Below, in pieces: positions 18,865-24,926 of a stretch of DNA of 32,000 nucleotides. Position numbers and translations under genes: made by a program. Source of the stretch: Erysipelothrix inopinata (lineage in GTDB: Bacteria > Bacillota_I > Bacilli_A > Erysipelotrichales > Erysipelotrichaceae); the NCBI RefSeq assembly GCF_014396165.1, contig NZ_CP060715.1, positions 1,320,001 through 1,352,000 of the forward strand. The letters run 5' to 3'. The stretch's first letter is position 1, and each line of letters opens with the position of its first letter. A model generated the notes under the pieces. The model was not told the DNA's origin, did no database searches, and saw only the letters and a program-made list of their open reading frames with translations.

Positions 18865-20228
18865 ATGAGAGTACAGACATTAAAATCAATTAGTAAGATT
18901 CAAGAACCAGGAGTCGAAGTGTATACAGCAGGTTGGGTTAGGACCGTTAGGAAATCGAAGAATGTCGGATTTATCGAACTTCATGATGGTACCCAACTAT
19001 CAACAACTCAATGTGTTGTTGATAAGAACAGTCCGTTTTTTGAATCACTTGGAACCTTAACCCTAGGAAGTTGTGTAAGAATTCAGGGTGTTGTTCAAAT
19101 CCCAATCAATCGTAAACAATCTGTTGAAATTTTAGTTTCCAATGTTGAAATTGAAGGTTTAGCGGATGCAGATTATCCACTCCAAAAGAAACGTCATAGT
19201 TTTGAATATTTACGAACTGTTCCACATTTGCGAGCACGTACAAACACGTTCAATGCAGTATTTAGAACACGATCCATTCTAACTCAAGGAATGCAATCTT
19301 TTCTTCATGAAAATGACTTTACTTATATTCAATCACCAGCGATAACGACCACAGATGCTGAAGGTGGGGGAGAAGTATTTAGAATATCAACACTCGACGC
19401 AGAGAAGGAAAAACAGTCCTATGAAGAAGACTTCTTTCATAAACCAGCTTATTTGAGTGTTACGGGTCAATTGAACCTTGAACCCTTCATTCATGCATTT
19501 CGAAATGTTTACACTTTTGGACCTTCTTTCAGAGCTGAGAAATCAAATACTTCAAGACATGTGGCAGAGTTTTGGCAAATAGAACCAGAGATGGCTTTTG
19601 TAGGACTTGATGAAATAATTGAAGTCATCGAGTCGATGATTAAATCAACAATCAGCTATACATTGGAACATGCTCATGAAGAAATTATGTTTTTTGATAC
19701 CTATATTGAAGAAGAACTTATTGACAAATTAAACAAAACGATACGAGAACCATTTGCTAAGATCTCCTATAAAGAAGCAATTTCAATGCTCGAGCCATAT
19801 CATGATGAGTTTAAAATCATTCCTACTTGGGAGAGCGTCTCTATTCGGAGCATGAACATTTCTTAACAGATGTCATATTTGGTAAACCTGTCTTTGTTAC
19901 ACACTACCCTAAAGAACAGAAAGCATTTTATATGTTGGTTGAAGAGGATGGAACAGTGGGGGCAACGGATCTCTTATTTCCAGGTATTGGAGAAGTTGTT
20001 GGTGCCAGTGAACGGGAGTATCGATACGAAGTATTAAAAGAGCGAATTGTGGAATGTGGTTTGGATTTATCGGAGTATCAATGGTACTTGGATACAAGAC
20101 GATTTGGAACGTGTCAGCATAGTGGTTTTGGAATCGGATTGGAACGTCTCATGCGCTACATTACAGGTATGGAAAATATTCGTGATGTTATTGCTTACCC
20201 GCGAACACCCGGAAACGCAGAATTCTAA
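18865..20228 (+). pseudogene. asnS: Asparaginyl-tRNA synthetase interrupted by a 1-nt deficit (ORFs 18865-19866 and 19827-20228)
   Basis: The ATG at 18865 has an AAGGAGGA RBS. The first ORF carries the AsnRS anticodon-binding and class II core (GWVRTVR, FRAEKSNTSRHVAEFWQIEPE). The second ORF carries the remainder ([26 protein letters not shown], motif 3). The frames join cleanly as ...IIPTW|[12 protein letters not shown] if one G is added to GGG 19829-19831. Confidence 0.85.
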
Positions 20229-20262
20229 AAAAAGCTCTACCATTTTGGGTAGAGCTTTCATT
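20226..20262. terminator. Bidirectional rho-independent terminator shared by asnS (+) and the ATP-grasp gene (-)
   Basis: AAAGCTCTACC (20231-20241) pairs with GGTAGAGCTTT (20248-20258). An A-run lies on the left and a T-rich tail on the right. Confidence 0.85.
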
Positions 20263-20265
20263 TGA

Positions 20266-21264
20266 TTAAAGTTCGATTATACTTGAGAATTTAGGTAATA
20301 AACCGGTTTTAACACCTGTGAGACTGGGTTTCATTTGGAAAACACCTGTATTATAATTTCCTTCAATTAAGACAGGTTTGGTTGCGGAAATAGCGACATC
20401 CCAACCAACGTATTGGATTTCAGGAACCACACGAGCAGCTTTATCTAATAGCTCGCAAACGTCTTCATAAAGAGGAATTTTAAATCCGATGAGGTCTTGA
20501 TGTGTAATGGGATGTTGTTTATATGCAATGTCATTTTTATCAAAGGCAGGATACTGCACAATGCCGTCATCACTTAGCACTGTATACATTCCGCCAGCAC
20601 CGAAGTTATCTAGGTTACCACCATTCCCAAGTTTTAAGACACCCTCTAATATATGAACATCTTTTCCATCAAAGAAAGTTATCATACGAATTGTATTAAC
20701 ACTGTCTGGATATAAACGAGAAAGTTCAGGATGTTGAATGAAGTATTCTTCAAATAAAAATTGTCTGTTTTCAAGTCGTTTTGCTACAAACGCTTCGACA
20801 TTTTCGATTTCTTTTGACTCGAACTTTTCAACACCATGACCCATAAGGCTATCAATTGCTTTAGCCATAAAAAATTCATGTCTGAGTAAGAATGCATTAA
20901 CTTCTTCTAAAGATGCTTCCCGAATATCGAGATAATCTCGTCCAATGTAATTTTTAAAGGTTTTATTGAAATTTACTTTATCTGCAAAAAGGTGACGAAA
21001 CTCTTTTTGGTTATACTTCACTATAATTGAGTTCGCAATACCACCTGTTATGAAAGTTTGACGTTCTTTACGATTGAGTAAATAAAACTCAAACTCATAA
21101 TAATCGATATAACCAGATTGATAAAAAATGGAACACCAGATCATATCAATAAATATAAAAAATGAAAATTTATGATTCTTTTTCGCAATTTCCTTGGCTG
21201 TTCGAATCATGTTTTTATAGTCAAGGGATTTAAGTCTTCTAAAGTAGTATTTAATTCTGTTCAT
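20266..21264 (-). CDS. ATP-grasp-like enzyme, probably the 'sugar-transfer associated ATP-grasp' (ATPgrasp_ST) family
   Basis: I prefer ATG 21264, because the GTG at 21276 in the track sits inside the GGAGGAA RBS. The C-terminal half looks like an ATP-grasp (LDNFGAGGMY..., GWDVAISATKPVLIEGNYNTG). The N-terminal hydrophobic/aromatic segment (FSFFIFIDMIWCSIFYQSGYIDYYEFEFY) matches my recollection of this family. Confidence 0.65.
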   Translation of the reverse strand: MNRIKYYFRRLKSLDYKNMIRTAKEIAKKNHKFSFFIFIDMIWCSIFYQSGYIDYYEFEFYLLNRKERQTFITGGIANSIIVKYNQKEFRHLFADKVNFNKTFKNYIGRDYLDIREASLEEVNAFLLRHEFFMAKAIDSLMGHGVEKFESKEIENVEAFVAKRLENRQFLFEEYFIQHPELSRLYPDSVNTIRMITFFDGKDVHILEGVLKLGNGGNLDNFGAGGMYTVLSDDGIVQYPAFDKNDIAYKQHPITHQDLIGFKIPLYEDVCELLDKAARVVPEIQYVGWDVAISATKPVLIEGNYNTGVFQMKPSLTGVKTGLLPKFSSIIEL

Positions 21265-21288
21265 AAGTTCCTCCACGATACAGACACT

Positions 21289-21297
21289 ATTATATCA
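21289..21297 (-). promoter_or_regulatory. Extended -10 element for the ATP-grasp gene
   Basis: The minus strand reads TGaTATAAT (plus-strand ATTATATCA at 21289-21297), about 25 nt upstream of the ATG. I see no good -35. Confidence 0.45.
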
Positions 21298-21314
21298 TAG
21301 CAGTGTGTTATGTG

Positions 21315-21343
21315 TTGATTAAATCAGACACACATGATAAAAT
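21315..21343 (+). promoter_or_regulatory. Sigma-A promoter of the Val T-box leader
   Basis: TTGATT (21315-21320), a 17-nt spacer, then TAAAAT (21338-21343) preceded by TGa (extended -10). Confidence 0.7.
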
Positions 21344-21349
21344 AAAACC

Positions 21350-21568
21350 ACATTCTAAGACGATGAAGAGTAGTTATGAATCATTTGTAGAGAGCTTTGG
21401 GTTGGTGAAACAAAGTAGTGTAACATGATGAAGGTAGCATCCGAGATAAAATGGTGAACTTAAGTAGCTATTTTCGTTGCTGGCGTTAACAGGTTTGAGG
21501 CTTACGATTGTAAGTAAATTAAGGTGGTACCACGATGACATCGTCCTTTACGGATGGTGCTTTTTTTA
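21350..21568 (+). promoter_or_regulatory. T-box leader, valine-specific by context and by GUA triplets
   Basis: Elements present are the GA/K-turn motif GATGAAGAGTAG, the AG bay GTAGAGAG, the distal stem-loop CTTTG-GGTTGGTGAAA-CAAAG and the T-box sequence AAATTAAGGTGGTACCACG (21516-21534). The terminator 3' arm TGGTGC plus T7 ends at 21567. All three candidate specifier triplets are GUA (21415, 21420, 21434). Confidence 0.9.
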
Positions 21569-21585
21569 TTTTAGGAGGACATGTT

Positions 21586-22146
21586 ATGAGTAATACTAAA
21601 TTACCAATACTAGAAACTGAACGATTAATATTAAGAGCCGTTAGTGTCGGAGATGTCGATGATATGTTTGAATATGCATCTACTGAAGAAGTCACTCAGT
21701 ACACTACTTTTAAGCGCCATATAACAAAAGAAGATACATCCCTAGCAATTCAAGAAGTCTTTTTAAAAAGACCTGTAAAGGGGTGGCCGGAGGCTTTCGC
21801 AATTGTTTTAAAAGAAACAAATAAAATGATCGGAACTTGCGATTTTTGGCCGATAGCTAAAAACGATGTCTTTGAAATGGGATATGCCTTAAGCCCAAAA
21901 TACTGGAACCAAGGAATCGTTACTGAAGCTGGAGAATGCGTCTTAAAATATGCATTTGAAGAATATGGAGTCAGGAGAATGGAATTACGCCACATCGATC
22001 AAAATATCGGATCAAAAAAAGTGGGGCAAAAATTAGGATTTATTCATGAAGGTACAAAAAGAAAATTTATTAAAGTTAAATCTGAATATCGTGATTTAGA
22101 GTATTACGGTATGCTAAAGGAGGAATATAATGAAAGAACTCGATAA
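21586..22146 (+). CDS. GNAT N-acetyltransferase, RimJ/RimL (Acetyltransf_3) type
   Basis: I prefer ATG 21586 (AGGAGG RBS at 21572-21577), because the upstream ATG 21535 lies inside the T-box terminator. The N-terminal LETERLILR, the WNQGI.TEA acetyl-CoA-binding region and the LGF..EG segment are typical of RimJ/RimL-like GNATs. Confidence 0.8.
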   Translation: MSNTKLPILETERLILRAVSVGDVDDMFEYASTEEVTQYTTFKRHITKEDTSLAIQEVFLKRPVKGWPEAFAIVLKETNKMIGTCDFWPIAKNDVFEMGYALSPKYWNQGIVTEAGECVLKYAFEEYGVRRMELRHIDQNIGSKKVGQKLGFIHEGTKRKFIKVKSEYRDLEYYGMLKEEYNERTR

Positions 22147-24712
22147 AAAATATGAACATGAAAATGTTGAAAAAGATAAATATAATGAATGGATAGAAAA
22201 GGGATACTTTACTGCAGGTGATACCAGTAAGAAACCTTATTCACTCGTTATCCCGCCACCTAATGTAACTGGAAAACTTCATTTAGGTCATGCTTGGGAT
22301 AATACACTTCAAGATATTGCACTTCGTTATGAAAGACTTAAAGGTAAAGACGTACTGTATTTACCGGGAATGGATCATGCGGGGATCGCTACACAAGCTA
22401 AAGTTGAAGAACGCCTTCGTAAAGATGGTGTTTCTCGATATGACTTAGGACGCGAAGCATTCTTACAAAAATCTTGGGATTGGAAAGAAGAATATGCTTC
22501 TCATATACGTGAACAATGGTCAAAACTGGGGATTTCTGTTGACTATAGTCGTGAACGATTTACATTAGATGAAGGCCTCAATCAAGCAGTTAATAAAGTA
22601 TTTGTTGATTTGTACAATGATGGATTAATTTTCCAAGGCTACCGTATCATTAACTGGGATGTTGAAGCTCAAACTGCGCTTTCTAACATTGAGGTTATCC
22701 ATAAAGAAGTAGAAGGAAACTTCTATACATTTACTTATAAAGTTGTTGAAACTGGAGAATTACTTGAAGTTGCAACAACGCGTCCTGAAACTATGTTTGG
22801 TGACGTTTGCATTGTTGTTCACCCTGATGACACGCGTTATTCGCATGTAATCGGTAAACACGCAATTAACCCTGCCAATGGAGAAACACTTCCTATCATT
22901 GCTGATGATTACATTGATATTGAATTTGGTACAGGTGTTATGAAGTGTACTCCTGCTCACGATCCTAATGACTTTATGATTGGTGAAAAATATAATCTTG
23001 AAATGCCTATCTGTATGAATCCAGATGGAACTATGAATGAACTTGCGGGTCAATTTGCCGGTTTAGAGCGCTTTGAATGTAGACGTCAATTAGTAGAGTA
23101 CATTAAAGAAAATGGTAACCTTGTTTCAATTGAAAAACATGTACATCAAGTAGGTCATTCAGAAAGAACTGATGTCATTGTGGAACCTTACTTGTCAAAA
23201 CAATGGTTTGTAAAAATGAAACCACTGGCAGACGAAGTATTGAAATTCCAAAATACAGATGAAAAGATCAATTTCTATCCAGAACGTTTTGAGAACACAT
23301 TTACACGTTGGTTGGAAGGAATTGAAGATTGGTGTATTTCTCGTCAATTATGGTGGGGACATCGTATCCCTGCATGGTTCCATAAGGAAACTGAAGAAAT
23401 TTATGTTGGCTTAGAAGCCCCAAAAGATATTGAAAATTGGCGTCAAGATGAAGATGTACTTGATACATGGTTCTCATCGGCACTTTGGCCTTTCTCAACA
23501 TTGGGTTGGCCAGATGAAACGGTCGATGTTCAACGTTATTTCCCTACAGATCTTTTAGTTACAGGTTATGATATCATCTTCTTCTGGGTAGCTCGTATGG
23601 CTTTCCAAGCGCGTTACTTTAAGAATGACAGACCCTTTAAGGATGTTTTACTCCATGGATTAATTCGTGATGAAAAAGGTCAAAAAATGAGTAAATCACT
23701 CGGAAATGGTGTTGATCCAATGGATGTTATTGAAGAGTATGGTGTTGATGCACTTCGTTATTTCTTAACTACAAACTCTACACCGGGACAAGACATGCGT
23801 TATGTTCCTGAAAAAGTAGAAGCATCCTGGAACTTTATTAATAAAATTTGGAATGCTTCCCGATTTGTACAAATGCATATTGGTGATACATTCTATGATA
23901 TTGAGAAAGCAAATCTTTCTCAAGTAGATCGTTTTATCATTGCGAAATTCAACAGCACTCTTGAAGAAGTTAACCGTAATATGGAAAAATACGAGTATGC
24001 TCTAGTTGGTAATGCTCTCACACGCTTCGTATGGGATGATTTCTGTTCATGGTATATTGAATTGAGTAAATCTGGGTTACAAAGTGATGATGAAGAAGTT
24101 GTTTATGCAACAAAAGCAACGCTATATACAATGCTTAAAAATATACTAATTATGTTAACACCGTTCATGCCATTCGTAACTGAAGAAATTTACCAATCAA
24201 TGCCTGAAACGAAAGAATCGATTAACCTTGAAGTATGGCCGAATACAATAGCTATTGAAGAAAAAGGCATTGAAGAAGTTAGCTTTATGATTGATGCGAT
24301 TACTTCAATTCGAGAAACTCGTGCTCAGTATGATGTAAAACCTTCTAAACCACTTACTGCAATGGTATTGGATTCAAATGATAAACCCTATGAACTTTCA
24401 TCTCTAATCAAATCAATGTTAGAAAATATGGCTAAAGTTACTTTAAGCAACATTGATGAGAATGCCCTTATCCAACCTATCAAAGGAGGCGCTGTTGTTT
24501 TAATTGAAACAGAACTCGTTGACAAGGAAGCGCTACTTGAGAAATTAACGAAAGAAAAAGCTCGTCTTGAAAATGAAATTCTTCGCGGTGAGAAGATGCT
24601 GTCAAACGAGAAGTTTATTTCAAAAGCGCCTGAATCTAAAGTTAATGAAGAAAAAGAAAAGCTTGAAGAGTACAGACGTCAATTACAACTCGTACTTAAT
24701 CAACTAAAATAA
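22130..24712 (+). CDS. valS: Valyl-tRNA synthetase
   Basis: It has the HIGH motif PPPNVTGKLHLGHA, KMSKS (GQKMSKSLGNG), a CP1 editing domain and a C-terminal coiled coil. Its AAAGGAGGA RBS lies inside the GNAT gene, and the two genes overlap by 17 nt. Confidence 0.95.
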   Translation: MKELDKKYEHENVEKDKYNEWIEKGYFTAGDTSKKPYSLVIPPPNVTGKLHLGHAWDNTLQDIALRYERLKGKDVLYLPGMDHAGIATQAKVEERLRKDGVSRYDLGREAFLQKSWDWKEEYASHIREQWSKLGISVDYSRERFTLDEGLNQAVNKVFVDLYNDGLIFQGYRIINWDVEAQTALSNIEVIHKEVEGNFYTFTYKVVETGELLEVATTRPETMFGDVCIVVHPDDTRYSHVIGKHAINPANGETLPIIADDYIDIEFGTGVMKCTPAHDPNDFMIGEKYNLEMPICMNPDGTMNELAGQFAGLERFECRRQLVEYIKENGNLVSIEKHVHQVGHSERTDVIVEPYLSKQWFVKMKPLADEVLKFQNTDEKINFYPERFENTFTRWLEGIEDWCISRQLWWGHRIPAWFHKETEEIYVGLEAPKDIENWRQDEDVLDTWFSSALWPFSTLGWPDETVDVQRYFPTDLLVTGYDIIFFWVARMAFQARYFKNDRPFKDVLLHGLIRDEKGQKMSKSLGNGVDPMDVIEEYGVDALRYFLTTNSTPGQDMRYVPEKVEASWNFINKIWNASRFVQMHIGDTFYDIEKANLSQVDRFIIAKFNSTLEEVNRNMEKYEYALVGNALTRFVWDDFCSWYIELSKSGLQSDDEEVVYATKATLYTMLKNILIMLTPFMPFVTEEIYQSMPETKESINLEVWPNTIAIEEKGIEEVSFMIDAITSIRETRAQYDVKPSKPLTAMVLDSNDKPYELSSLIKSMLENMAKVTLSNIDENALIQPIKGGAVVLIETELVDKEALLEKLTKEKARLENEILRGEKMLSNEKFISKAPESKVNEEKEKLEEYRRQLQLVLNQLK

Positions 24713-24729
24713 TTAAATAGAATATTCAA

Positions 24730-24760
24730 AAAGAGAATCGTAGATGATTCTCTTTTTTTT
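24730..24760 (+). terminator. Rho-independent terminator after valS
   Basis: AGAGAATC (24732-24739) pairs with GATTCTCT (24746-24753), followed by T8. Confidence 0.9.
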
Positions 24761-24926
24761 ATAGAAGTGGTATACAGGGTCTTGACTTGAATAAATCGTA
24801 TATTTTCTAATATACTTCATCGGTATTTCAAAATATTACACGGATTAACCACTTAGTTTTCACAGTTGTATCACTGTTGTATGTGTTTCAAAACTTATAA
24901 TAAATATGCACTAAATGGAGGAAATA

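Noticed and set aside
19826-19834. Programmed -1 ribosomal frameshifting as the explanation for the split asnS.
   Set aside because: The site (ACU UGG GAG) is not an X XXY YYZ slippery heptamer. tRNA-Trp re-pairing on UUG would be poor, and I see no downstream pseudoknot or hairpin. A 1-nt indel in the G-run is more parsimonious.
21535-21585. An upstream ATG at 21535 that would extend the GNAT ORF by 17 codons. Similar N-terminal extensions from TTG, GTG or ATG starts appear in the ORF track at 74, 2235, 3188, 8305, 9437, 10533, 17577, 18847, 24915, 27876 and (minus strand) 21276.
   Set aside because: The 21535 ATG lies inside the T-box terminator helix. In every case except 74 a downstream ATG with a properly spaced Shine-Dalgarno sequence and a sensible N-terminus (HTH, signal peptide, lipobox) exists. 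At 74 the frame simply continues from the window edge.
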